From Macrostomum lignano (taxonomy: Eukaryota), in NCBI GenBank assembly GCA_002269645.1, contig NIVC01004300.1, positions 1 to 51,286 of the forward strand: a DNA stretch of 51,286 nucleotides, given 5' to 3'. Shown here one piece after another: positions 31,514-43,196 of this stretch (positions within the stretch are counted from its first letter, which is position 1; the number at the start of each line of letters is the position of its first letter). A program made the translations under genes and the position numbers. The notes beneath the pieces are model-generated. The model had not been told where the DNA came from. It ran no database searches and saw nothing but the letters and a program-made list of their open reading frames with translations.

Positions 31514-34500
31514 TCACAACTCCGAGCCTCGGCCAGCCACGGGCCCGGCCACCCAGGTAGGTCGCGGCTTGCCCGGCACCGGGAAGAAAATCCCCTTACC
31601 CTGCGGCGGCGAGGTCTGCGATTAAAAATGAAAATCAAATGAATTCAATAAAAATGAGAACTGGGCGATTGAGAATAAAGAATCTCTGTAAATAATGCAG
31701 AGACTCACCACAACCGCGGATGGGGACGAAGGAGGCTGCTGACTGTCAGATGCGGTAGCGGACGCCAGCTGAGGCGGAGTTTGCTGATGTCCGGATCGCG
31801 GAGAGGCGATCTGGAAGTCCAGCGGTCGCTGGTGTCCCAGCCAAGGGGGACCCGCGTTGGCGCCGTCAAGCAGTTGAGCGCGGCTGTACAAGCGGTGCGA
31901 AAAAAAAGCGTTCCGATTTTGATAAGCCGTCGCGTCTCCAGACAGTGTGAAAACCCTCCTCCCTCCCCTCCGACCCCCTTGTCCCTCTCCTCTCATCACA
32001 TTCTCTAGGCCAGCTCCGCAGTCTCACTCACGGGCTGAGCGGCTGGAACAGTCCACCAGAAGAAGCCGCCCCAGGTGGCGCAAGCGGCGCAGCCGGCGAA
32101 ATTCCGCTAGAAAAGCCGTTCTGCTGCTGCTGCTGCGTGGACGAGTGCGCCCGGCGCTTTGTCTTCTTCTTTTTCTTTGTTTGAGCGGTAGGGTTCGCTG
32201 ATGTCGCAGTGGAATCGCCGTTGCCAATCGGAGCTTCCGAAGCGATGACGCCAGGAAGGCGACTGCCGGGCGCCACGCCCAGCGGCTGAAGCTGCGCCGG
32301 TAGCGGGCGAGGGGCTGCGGGTGGGGAAATTGGTTGGTGTCTTTGGGTTTTGTTTGGTGTTAGTGGAAGCAAGGCAGAAGGTAGGCGATGCTGGTTGGTG
32401 TCTTGCGGGTTTTGGTTGGTGTTGGTGGAAGCAAGGCAGCAGGTAGGCGATGTTGGTTGGTGTTTCTGTTTGGTTGGGATCTCTGAACCATCTGTTAGTT
32501 CCCAAAACTTAATTATCTATCTGGTTTTATATTAGTTAAACAATGTTCCCTAATTGTTAACATTTATGCAAATTCTTACATGGCAGCACGTTTACAGGCT
32601 GTGGCTCCTCAGTGGGGTCTGCCGTGGTCGCGTCTGCAGGGCTCGCCACTTCAACCGACTCGCCCTTCAAGCCAGGGGAGCTGTCAGCCTGAAACTGCGG
32701 CGGCGGAGGCAGCAGGACGCTGTCCGACGCCGGGTCGGCTTCGTCGTGGGCCAAGATCATCGCCGGAGGATCGTCGCTTACCGCCGCGCCGTTGAGCGAA
32801 CCGGCGCTGCTTGTGGCGCCAATCAGGCCGAGCAGCGGATCTGGCGGGTTTTGAATCAGTCGGTTCCACTAAATTATAGTGCAGCATGAGCCTGACCCTA
32901 ACCCTCCCTCCAGCCAGGTACTTCTGGTCCTTATTACTTTTCTCGAGTCATGAATGCTCATTTCCTTAAAATTCGAGCTCTCACACGTACGCAGAGTCTC
33001 AGAGTGTACAAGAGCCCTTACCTTTCATCGTCAGGCATTTACAACACGTGTGGCCCTGATGAGCGGAAACGCTTTATAAGGTCTTGTTACGACTTCTCCT
33101 CTAGCGGAAGACAGTGAGCCAAGACCAACAAGGTCACATATTTGCACTCTTAGACGAGCGTCCTAATTCATCGTTTATTTATTTTTTATTTCAAGGCATA
33201 AAGCATCGCTTCTTTAGCTCATGACTGGTTGTGAGTATCAAATTTTCGCACCTGGAATTTCGGCCGACGCCACCGCCATCTCCACGCCGTCGTCTTCGCT
33301 CTCCTTCCGATCGAATCCGCCGGACGCGTCGGCCCAGTTTTCCCTGGAGCTCCGACGCGACGAAGCGGCAGCCGCGGTCGCAGTCGCCGCCGCCTCCGTT
33401 GTCGCTTCCAAGCTTCGCAATCGACGCCGAATCGTTGGCGGCGGCGTTGTCGGCGGTCTCGGCGAAATTTCCTGGAAATTTTGTTTAATTACGCTGTTGC
33501 CTTAGTATAAGTTTATTTTCATAATGTTTTTCTAAAATGGCGTGCATATCATATTGTACCATATTGTTACCACGGTGCGCGAATAGCAGAAATTGTTTTC
33601 CAAATCATTTCTATTTTTAAAAATTAACTCATCCATGGCCAAGCTAATTTTCTTATACAATAGAAGTGAAGCTGGCGTCATCGGTAGTGAGGTGGGTGCT
33701 GGGAGGGGCAGAAATATAAAACGAGAATGGGAAATGAGTGCGCTCAGTGCATTTTCTATATAGTTAGGCGAGTGACTGCGACACAAAGAGTGCATGCTAT
33801 TTAAATGAGAAAGGACAGTGGCAGAAACAGTTGTCTACAAGACTGAGACGAGGAACTTGTCCCAGATCCTCACGTGGACACTTGGCTTCCTGTCTGCGCC
33901 ATCGTTTGAGCTGCCAGCCTCATCATTGTCCGCAGACTCCGAGGCCGCATAATTTCTGTTGTATTCCGCTGGCTCGGGCGGCACTGCAAAGCCGCTCTGC
34001 TTCGTCAACTGCGCTTTCTTGGCTCGGCGCGGCGTCGGCGCCGACGGCCTGCCGGCCTCCTCGTCGTCGTCGATTTCAGCGCCGTCCGACTCGTAACAGG
34101 AGGCGTCGAGACCGATGATCGACGAAGAGTCGGCGCGTTGGCGGCTCTGCGACGGCGCTGGCTGCATCCGGGGAGTTCGCGGAGTTCGCGGAGTCCGTGG
34201 CGTCCGCGGAGTACGCGGCGCAGACGAGGTCAAATTCGAGCTGCTGGGCTGCGGCAGCGGCGGCGGCCTCGGGCGCATGGTGAACAGGTTGCTGGCCGAC
34301 CCGCCACCGGCGCTCCCACTCTGCGACTGGGATTTGGGCCCGTGCCCGGCTCCGGCAGCAGAGGATGCGGCTGCTGATGGCTGCTGCTGGGAGCGCGGGC
34401 TGGGGAACTTTGCCAGCAGCTGGCGGCGCAGGGGATGGTTAGGAGTTCGGGAGTAATTAGCTGTCACTGAGAGGAGATAAAAGCCGCCTACTGTAAGTAG

Positions 34501-37500
34501 TGTTAGTTGGAAACTCTTCAACCTGAGGTGCAGCCGGCATATCAGTTGGATTAGTGGATTGTCATAAACTGCAATCAATCAATACCAAATAAGTTGTTCG
34601 GAAGCAATTGCTTGAAAAAACAATGTCTACACATGAAACCGACCTTGCACCCTCATTCCACAACAGCCTCCAACTTCCACTCGGATTCCACAACAGCCTC
34701 CAACACACCCAATCGGATTCCACAACACCCTCCAACACACCCACTAGGATTCCACAACAGCCTCCAACACACCCAATCGGATTCCACAACAGCCTCCAAC
34801 ACACCCACTAGGATTCCACAACAGCCTCCAACACACCCAATCGGATTCTACAACAGCCTCCAACACACCCAATAGGATTCCACAAGAGCCTCCAACACAC
34901 CCAATAGGATTCCACAACAGCCTCCAACACACCCAATCGGATTCCACAACAGCCTATTACACCTCGATTCCGCTCAAGACCTGCACTACACTGGGTCACT
35001 CAATCAGCCCTCAGTTACTCAAGTGTCCCCAGGTCCCTCACCATAGGCATGGAGCCTCGAAGCTGCTCGCTCATTGAGTTCAGATCGAAGGCCGACCCTC
35101 CGGCTGCTGCGGTGGCGTCATTGTCGCGGTACCGCTGGCGGAAGTGGCTGGCGATGATCAGCTTGCAGTAGTTGAGGTGCCTCTGCTTGGCGTAGTCCCA
35201 CAGCGTGGCGTTGTCGCTGTCCCGGAGCTCCAGGTTGGCTGAGGAATGAACCGTTGCCGATCAGGCATATTTTGAATCCAATTTGTAAAAGACTACACGT
35301 GAAACCAGCCCCATACCTCCGCTGTCTAGCAGGTAGTTGAGCACCTCACCGTGACCACCCAGAGTGGCCAGGTGAGCGGCGGTCCTTTGGTCCTGATCTC
35401 GCTGGTCGATGGCTTCAACAATGGAGTCTTTGCAGGCCTCCAGGATAAGTTTGCATGCGGCCAGAGATCCTGGTTTTATTTTTTTTAAAAGTCTAAAATC
35501 AGCTCAAGTCCATCTTGCGCCGGAAAAAAGCAATTTAGATAAGATTTGACCTACCTTGCTCGGCTGCGACCATCAATGCATTTTTGCCACTGTTATCCGT
35601 GACCAGCACACTCTGAGCTGTCAGCAGGTTCTGAAGACGATGTGAAGTTACATGCAAGATTAGATTTTTAGAGGGGGTCTTTGGGGGTCCGCAGCCAGCG
35701 AGGATGATGCACGCGGACACGTACGCAGACACTCACATGGGGTGTACAGCGGCATTTTTCCTTTTTCATTTTTGGCCGGGCTTGGGGGAAATAGCTGAGA
35801 TTTTAAAGTTTTTGGGTGGAATTGCTGAGATGGCAAGACTTATTGGGAAATTGCTAAGATTTCAAAGCAAATAGGATTCACATAAATAATTTTCGTAACT
35901 TGCTTTTTGGGCGCCCCGAAGGGGGGCACTAGATTGCTAGTCCATTTACTAAAAATGGTTTGTTTCCTCTAAAAACTGCGCTTATTTTCTTAGAATTCAT
36001 CAACATGTTTTACAAGAAGTTTACACTGCGCTTACCTTCAAGCACTCTAAAGGCTCCTGTCGTCGCACTGCCCAGTGCACGTAGGTCCTCCCCAATGCGT
36101 CTCTGTCGTCCTCGCTGCCGACTGCAGAAGCAGCCGCAAGACGGGCGCTGAGCAGGGCGAAGTGGTCGACCCGGTCCAGGCGGCAGGCCCACATCGCCGG
36201 CGTGGCCTGGTCCGCGTCCCGAACCCGCGGATCCGCCCGGTGGCGCAAAAGCAGCTTCAAGCACTCGGTGCTGGTTGACGTCACCGACCAGTGCATGGGC
36301 GCCCGGCCCAGCACGTCCCGCTCGTCTGGGCTGGCTTCGTACTTTACCAGCAGCTCCGCCAGGTCCGCGTGGCCACGGCTGATCGCCACGTGAAGGGCGG
36401 TTGATCGGTCTGGAGGGTTGGGGTGGGGTGGGGCGTCTGTAGAATCAGAGTGGTCTGTTGTAGAATCAGACTGGCCTGTTGTGGATTCAGACTGGCTTGT
36501 TGTGGATTCAGAATGGCTTGTTGTGGATTCAAGAGTGGCCTGTTGTGGATTCAAGAGTGGCCTGTTGTGGATTCAGAGTGGCCTGTTGTGGATTTAGAGT
36601 GACCTATTCTGGATTCAGAGTGGCCTGTTGTGGATTCAGAGTGGCCTGTTGTGGATTCAAGAGTGACCTATTCTGGATTCAAAGTGGCCTGCTGTGGATT
36701 CAGAGTGGCCTATTGTGGATTCAGAGTGGCCTGTTGTGGATTCAGAGTGGCCTATTGTGGATTCAGAGTGGCCTGTTGTGGATTCAGAGTGGCCTGTTGT
36801 GGATTCAGAGTGGCCTGTTGTGGACTCAGAGTGGCCTGTTGTGGAATCAGAGTGGCTTGTGGTAGAATCAGAGGAGCGGATTTGAGTTTCATTTGCAAAA
36901 AAGTAGCAACCCTAAACAGACTAAATAATCAAGATACTAATAGTAGTATTCAGGTGTCGAACCGTGCGCGCAGGCGTTGACGTTGGCCCCGGAGCGGAGC
37001 AGCCACTCGGCCACGGCGAACTGGTTGTGCTGCGCCGCGTGCATCAGCGGACTGCGGCCGAAACAGTCGGGCTCGTCAATGCTGCGAGGGTCTGGAAATG
37101 AATTTGATTAGATTCTCAAGCCAATTTCGGGTCTTTTACAATGTTTGGCTTGAATATTTGTGCCTATCATGCAGTTCAAAGTCGGCAGCTGGCTAATGCT
37201 CACGATCCATCTAGAAACATACTCATCATCGCACCGAGTATGAGTAAAGCTTTACTAGGCAATTAGCTCTGTCTGATCGTCTCTCCCTTGGTGTCTCTCC
37301 AATGTGACATGAAATACTCTAGCCAAATGGACAGCGATGTATTTTAAAGGAAAGCGTATAGACGCATTGATTATGATTAGTAAGCTGGTAACACTGGTTT
37401 TGCATGTACTTTAAACAGGACAATTGAAGTACGAATACCTATACTCGAACATTATACTCGAACATTCGAAGATTATAAATTTACGGCCGCTGTACACCCT

Positions 37501-38995
37501 GAATGAGCGTGTGCACGAGTGCGTGACTGTGTACAGTATTCGCGCGCTTGTATGCGCACAGCAGTGTTGGGCACTTCCATTACCGAGTAACTTGCAAATG
37601 GTAACGCAAGTTACTTTTTCGTAAAGCGTTCCTTTTTAAAGTTACTTTTTTATTTTAGTAACGGAGTAACGGTAAGTTACTAAATTTCGAAAGTCCATTA
37701 CAGTTACTTTGCAACAATCGCAATATTTAAATTTGAAACTGAAATGCTTAGCTAGTACGCTGGTTGTCACATTTTTTTGCATTTTTCATTCCTAAATTCA
37801 AAATTAAGTGAATAGTATCATATGGTATTGCGCTTATTTAATGAAGAAATACTTGAAACATGTTTTACTTTGTTAATTTCGGTAAAATATTTTCGCCTTT
37901 CATTTTCGTTACTAAAAATTTTCAAGTTTGATTCAAACAAACAACCAAAGAAAGAAATTCACCTGTAGCCTCCACAAGTCCCTCCACTGGCACTGCAGTA
38001 CATTACACCATTTTATACGGTTCTATTTATTTTACTCTATTGAATTATTGATATTCGTTTATTTTATCATTTATAATTTTAATTAAATTGATTGCCATTG
38101 CCCATTGGTCCTTCTACTTGCCTCACATCGTGTCGCCAATTCCTGTCTCTGTCTGTTAATCGGTTAATCCCAATGCCCAATGGCAAATTTCGGTAACAAC
38201 AATGTGAAAAAATGTGCAATGTGAAAATTTTGGTAATAACATGGGTATCGGAAGTGAGTAACGGACAGTAACTTAAAAGTTACCAAGTTTTTGTCTAAAG
38301 TTACTAGGCTAACATAAGTTACTTTTTAAAAATTGGTAACTTAAGTTACAGTAATGCAAGTTGCTTTTTTGAGTAACTTGCCCAACACTGGTGCTCAGGA
38401 GTCATGTGATGGGCAGCATTGCCCCCCATTCGGTGTCGTCATCCCAAAACCACATCCCGACAGTCCTCCTGCGAGTATTTATATTAACTTTATATTTGCA
38501 GCCGATCAGGCTTTCGAAAAGCTTTGTAAACCGTAATCCCATGATGCTAGAATTCTTCTCTAGAGGAAAATATTAATTATTTTCGTTGTGGAGAAAAGTG
38601 CAGCTCACCTTTTTTAAACAGCGTTTTCAGCGTCTCGAGATCGCCATTCCGGCTGACCGTCACGGACAGCGGCGCGCCGCTCTGCATGCCGGAGTCCTGC
38701 GTTGCGGCCACGTTGCCGAATCTTCGACTGTCGACCTCCGGCCAGCGCCACTGGAACTTGTCCGGCGAGTCGCTGAACGGCGTCATCGGCGACTGCAGGC
38801 CTCGAGCCGAGGAAGCGCCGCTCTGAAGTGACGGCGTCTCCCTGCCGCGGGTCTCCACCCGCCTGCGCATGGAGCGGTAGTACTTCTGCATGTACAGAAG
38901 AGCCAGGTTGAGAGTGTCGCGAACTTCGGCGCATTCCGGCGTGAAGTCCAGCTTCAATAGGAACTGGTGAATGTAGGCCGCTGTCTTTTGAAAGT
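31514..38995 (-). CDS. Multi-exon ankyrin-repeat protein (inversin/ANKRD55-like repeats) with long low-complexity C-terminus; 5' exons unresolved
   Basis: Phase-consistent exons 38995-38609, 37091-36963, 36409-36036, 35630-35555, 35469-35317 and 35238-35042 give NGDLETLKTLFKKDPRSIDEPDCFGRSPLMHAA...DRSTALHVA...LGRAPMHWS...SGKNALMVAA...QRTAAHLA...ANLELRD. A second consistent chain is 34466-33874, 33471-33252, 32840-32580, 32314-32032, 31883-31709, 31615-31514. The join between 35042 (phase 0) and 34466 (phase 1) is unresolved. Confidence 0.72.
34645..34950. repeat. 32-bp intronic minisatellite (GGATTCCACAACAGCCTCCAACACACCCAATC)
   Basis: About 9 copies. Confidence 0.93.
36440..36870. repeat. 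21-bp intronic minisatellite (CTGTTGTGGATTCAGAGTGGC)
   Basis: About 20 copies. Confidence 0.95.
37562..38390. mobile_element. Non-autonomous hAT-like DNA transposon (829 bp)
   Basis: 12-bp TIR CAGTGTTGGGCA...TGCCCAACACTG; many subterminal GTAAC/GTTAC motifs at both ends; degenerate 8-bp TSD GCGCACAG/GTGCTCAG. Confidence 0.8.
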
Positions 38996-39282
38996 CTGGG
39001 AGCACAAAATTAAGGGTACCATTAAATTAGGGTTGCCGATTTGAAAATTGTTGAATATTACTTTTATCCTGTAATTTCTACATGTAACAAAAGTATGGAG
39101 CTTCTACTGTATGTTCAGTATGTTTTAAGCGTCAGTAATTGTTCAAATATTCGTGTAACAGAGGTCTGGTATTACAGCGAGGGCATATTCTTTATATTCA
39201 GTTTCTTCTCCTATCTGAATTCGAATTATCTAAAGAAGCATAACTTAGCTGACATTTAGACTTCAACTTTTAATGCTATGTA

Positions 39283-39668
39283 CAGGGTGTCCCATAAGTA
39301 ACTTTACAACTTGTTTCGTGAATAACTTTGTGATTAATGCTTGGATCCCCACCAGATTTTAGCATAGGAAAATATATAGAAAATGGTTTTTTTGACACCA
39401 AAAGCATGTTCATACGTTAAAAAATACAGTCCGTTCAGGGTCCTTCGATGTGGCCACCGCCGTTTGTAAGGCAGGCCTCCAGCCGCCGCGGAAAGTCCAG
39501 CAGTTGGTAAGCGTCTCAGGCGAAATCTGGGCCTGATATGAACATGCTTTTGGTGTCAAAAAATCCCTTTTCTATATATTTTCCTATGCTAAAATCTGGT
39601 TGGGATCCAAGCATTAATCACAAAGTTATTCACGAAACAAGTTGTAAAGTTACTTATGGGACACCCTG
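39283..39668 (-). mobile_element. Tc1/mariner internal-deletion derivative (386 bp)
   Basis: TA|CAGGGTGTCCCATAAG...CTTATGGGACACCCTG|TA with ~130-bp near-perfect TIRs. The core on the minus strand reads AQISPETLTNC/LDFPRRLEACLTNGGGHIEGP*, like a mariner transposase C-terminus. Confidence 0.88.
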
Positions 39669-41570
39669 TATATATTTATATAAAACAAATAAAATGTGAA
39701 TTTTTTTAAAAGCTGCATATGAAATTTGATAAATCAATTTTATAAAACTTTAAACTGGACAGCAATAATTTTACTTTTAAAAGTCATGGGAATTGTCAAT
39801 TACAGTACATAAGTCAGACACAGTCAGATAAAATCCGTAGTCTCAAAATATTGAGCGAAATTTGTCAGAAGATGCGTATGTCAGCTATAAATGCGACTAC
39901 TAAAGCATCATTGAGGTATGAACTCAATTTTAATAGATTGCATAGTAAATCAAAATAAAAACATTCGGGAGTCTAGAAGTATAGAAGCAGCATAGAAGCA
40001 GTCTGTAGAGTCTGTACGACTGTATCCCAAACTTCAGAGAACAGAAAAGCCAAAAAAGACAAAACTATGCACACTTTCAAATACTTATGCTATAAATATT
40101 CAAGAACAATAAATTTACCTTTTCTTTTAACAGTCATCATTCATTCGCTTTACTTCGCTAAAGACGATAGTAATTTTTTCATACTATGTTATTTTTCGTC
40201 CCTTTGACTTTTCGCTATAAATTCTTTGTCCAAAACCAAAGCAATAGATAAATTCGTTATCAAAGAACTAAAGAAAACTAAAAGTACTTGTTTTTTATAT
40301 AGATATATTTTAAAAGAATTTTAGAAGAGATTTTTAAAGCAAATTTTATAAAAAATAGGAAAATAAGAAAAGAAACACCTGAAGGCAGCCGGGAAAAAGG
40401 AAACTTATGGCTAATTCGAAATCTTCATCGTCAGTGTAAATACTTAAGTAACTTTAACAAATTCAACAACGAAGCAGTAATAATAGCATCTCAGGCTGAA
40501 TTGATTACGCTTTTGTTAACGATAAAAAAAATAAAATAAATATTGCCTTTCAAAAACAATAAAAAATTTCTGTTTAAACCAAGCCTGACTATTTAACTTT
40601 TCCGTGTTCTATCAATTTATAAAACGGGCGGTAAACACTTGAAGAGGGGATTCTTTAAGTTTTAGAATAAGTATCTTTATATACATACGATAATTCCATG
40701 AAGGGATTTCGCTGCAAAAAGTGAAATGGTTATTTTGTTTCGAATATAAATGCAATTTACACATTTAAACTATGCTCCTCAGACCTCAGCTCATTGACTG
40801 ACAGATCCAGAAATAGGGGCAAGAGGCCATGCTTTGTTCAGCTGAGCCAAAATTTTATTTTTATATTTTTTTGTCCTGCTCAAGAAATTTCTGGACCTAT
40901 GATACTTATTTTGTAGAAACTTAGTATTATAGGCTGTCAGAATTGTCCTACTCAATTTTTTAGGTGTAAAATAAAATATTTGTTATAGTTGTTTTAAATT
41001 TTTTTGAGATATAATATGTTTCCTATATGGAAAATTTTTTTAAGTTAAATAGAATTTTTATGTGAATATATTTGATTTCTATTGTTTTTCTAAATCTGAA
41101 AATTTGTATACAAGACAAATATTTATAGCATGATTATGCATATTATGACAAAGCCAACCTAAAAATGGAAGCAAAACAAAAAGCTATGCCTCAGATGAAT
41201 ATTCAAAATAGGTTTATAGGCAGCTATTATCATGAATTCAAGTAGCAAAAGACAAGGTAGATAATTTATAATTTAATTTAACTTTTATAGTCGATAAAAC
41301 TCTCATTTATATCCAAGTGGTTTTATCTAAACTTCATATTCAATTTTATTTAAGGATAGAATGTTTTGCTCAAGTACAAGAATATTTTTAATTTTTCAGC
41401 ATCATTTTAATCTTATATTTGGGCTAATAATATACTTACTAAATGCTAAATATTTAATTGAAGGTTCATTTAATTTCTAATCATTGTCTGTTTTACTGAT
41501 TAAAAAATCTGAATCTTTTCAAAACTGACTACTTCAGCAAGCCAGGCCAGGGCGCTACTGACTGAATAGA

Positions 41571-41969
41571 ATGCTTCGCAAAATCATTGCAACCACATCT
41601 GCTCCCGCTGCAGTTGGGCCATACAGCCAGGCAGTGCAGCTCGGCCAGACTCTGTACATGTCTGGTCAGATTGGCCTCAACCCTGCCACCATGCAGATGG
41701 CCGGGCCAGATGTTGAGTCGCAGGCTGAGCAGGTGCTGATTAACATGGCGGCTGTGCTGAAAGCGGCTGGCTCAGACATGAGCAAGGTGGTGAAGACCAC
41801 GGTGCTGCTGGCCGATATGAACGACTTTGCCAGGGTGAACGCCATCTACGCCAAGCATTTCAGCGAGCCATTCCCAGCCAGGGCCTGCTACCAGGCAGCT
41901 GGCTTGCCGAAGCAGGCCCTGGTGGAGATTGAGGCTGTAGCCGCTGTTGGCGACGTTAAAGACGAATGA
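41571..41969 (+). CDS. RIDA: RidA / YjgF-YER057c-UK114 enamine-imine deaminase, intronless CDS
   Basis: APAAVGPYSQAV, SGQIG, VVKTTVLLADMNDF..VN.IY, FPARACYQ, LP...VEIEAVA; AATAAA near 42236. Confidence 0.95.
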   Translation: MLRKIIATTSAPAAVGPYSQAVQLGQTLYMSGQIGLNPATMQMAGPDVESQAEQVLINMAAVLKAAGSDMSKVVKTTVLLADMNDFARVNAIYAKHFSEPFPARACYQAAGLPKQALVEIEAVAAVGDVKDE

Positions 41970-42299
41970 TGAAGCTTAATGAATTATGCTTGACAAAGTT
42001 GATCTAATATTGATTTGCAGTTACATCTGATTCAACACTATTGTTGTCACTAGCAATATCCAAGAATGATCCAAGAATGCTTTGGCGCCTTAATTGCTAG
42101 ACTGTCCTGGTGATTCAACTCAAAGTAGTGGCTGTTTTTACTGAGCACACGCAATCGAACACAACTGTATTCCTTTTCTAACATTAATTGTAGACACATA
42201 CAGGCATTGTTAATCATTCCTTTACACTATAAATCAATAAATTTTAGTAAGTTAATAGAAATAATAGTCTTCCAATTTCGCACTTAAATGTTCGAGGCC

Positions 42300-42569
42300 A
42301 GTAGTATAGAAAAGGACGCTTCTAGACCCAGAGCACTTTTTTAATGACCGTTTTAAGGGTCTAGAGGGGGGACACGGGGGGTAAATAAAAAAACACATCT
42401 AAACACCATTAATACATCTAATCACCCATAATCACCCCTAACAATAAAAATCACTTCCCAACACTTCCAAACACTCCCTAACACCCCCCCGTGTCCCCCC
42501 TCTTAAGACCTTACAAACGGCCATTAAAATAAGGTCTGATCTAGAAGCGTCTTTTTCTATACTACTACT
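42300..42569. repeat. Imperfect ~85-bp inverted repeat (42300-42382 / 42483-42569) around a 100-nt G-free loop
   Basis: AGTAGTATAGAAAAGGACGCTTCTAGA...GAGGGGGGACACGGGGGGT versus its reverse complement ending TCTAGAAGCGTCTTTTTCTATACTACTACT. Confidence 0.9.
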
Positions 42570-42651
42570 CTATAACCCCTTGCCCGCGCCGCAGGCGCGA
42601 AGGGTCGGAAAGAATAGAAGCTATTTATAGTCAGCTCACCTACCCACCCAA

Positions 42652-42749
42652 CATTCCATTTAGACCAGATTTTAGACCAAATTTTTGAAAACGAAAACCA
42701 AAACGATAGTCTAGTTTTGTTTGGTCTAAAATCTGGTCTAAATGGAATG
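42652..42749. repeat. Perfect 30-bp inverted repeat with 38-nt spacer
   Basis: CATTCCATTTAGACCAGATTTTAGACCAAA (42652-42681) and TTTGGTCTAAAATCTGGTCTAAATGGAATG (42720-42749). Confidence 0.95.
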
Positions 42750-42787
42750 CAGACAATCTTTTTCTGTTACTAAAAATAGAACAAAAA

Positions 42788-43186
42788 ATGACACACGTTA
42801 CACATATGCAAAATCTGAATGAATTGCAGGTAGGAGACCCAGTTGAATACCGAGGTGAGGGGCTTTTTGATGTGGTTGGAACAGCAGCAAATTTTGTTAA
42901 AGACAATATGGGGCTTATAGGGCAAGCTGGCTCTGCAGCCGGCTCTATAACAAATGCTGTAAAAGGAGGAATTGAAGCAGCTAGAGCGGCAGAAGAACTA
43001 AAGAAATTGAGAGATTTTAACGACACCCTCTCACAAATAAATGCAATAAAAGATTTAAAGCTGGCACAAGCCGCACAACCAACAGAAACCCCCACGAAAA
43101 GCGCACCAATAAGTAATAAAGATATTCAGGATTTTAATAAAATGTTAAATACTATTAAAGGTGGAAAAGGATTAAAGAAATTTTAA
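42788..43186 (+). CDS. Polinton Gly/Ala-rich putative virion core/precursor protein (132 aa)
   Basis: YRGEGLF, VKGGI and IKGGKG motifs, amphipathic helical stretch, A-rich start context. Confidence 0.6.
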   Translation: MTHVTHMQNLNELQVGDPVEYRGEGLFDVVGTAANFVKDNMGLIGQAGSAAGSITNAVKGGIEAARAAEELKKLRDFNDTLSQINAIKDLKLAQAAQPTETPTKSAPISNKDIQDFNKMLNTIKGGKGLKKF

Positions 43187-43196
43187 CAATATAAAA

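Noticed and set aside
39160-40460. Candidate upstream ankyrin-gene exons (IIRIQIGEETEYKEYALA; DDEDFELAISFL) on the minus strand
   Set aside because: Could not be joined with consistent splice phases; left unannotated.
41571-41969. RidA as a bacterial transfer or virus-carried gene
   Set aside because: The sequence matches the animal type (VVKTTVLLAD, PARAxYQ), has host-like GC-rich codons, and has a poly(A) signal before the element boundary.
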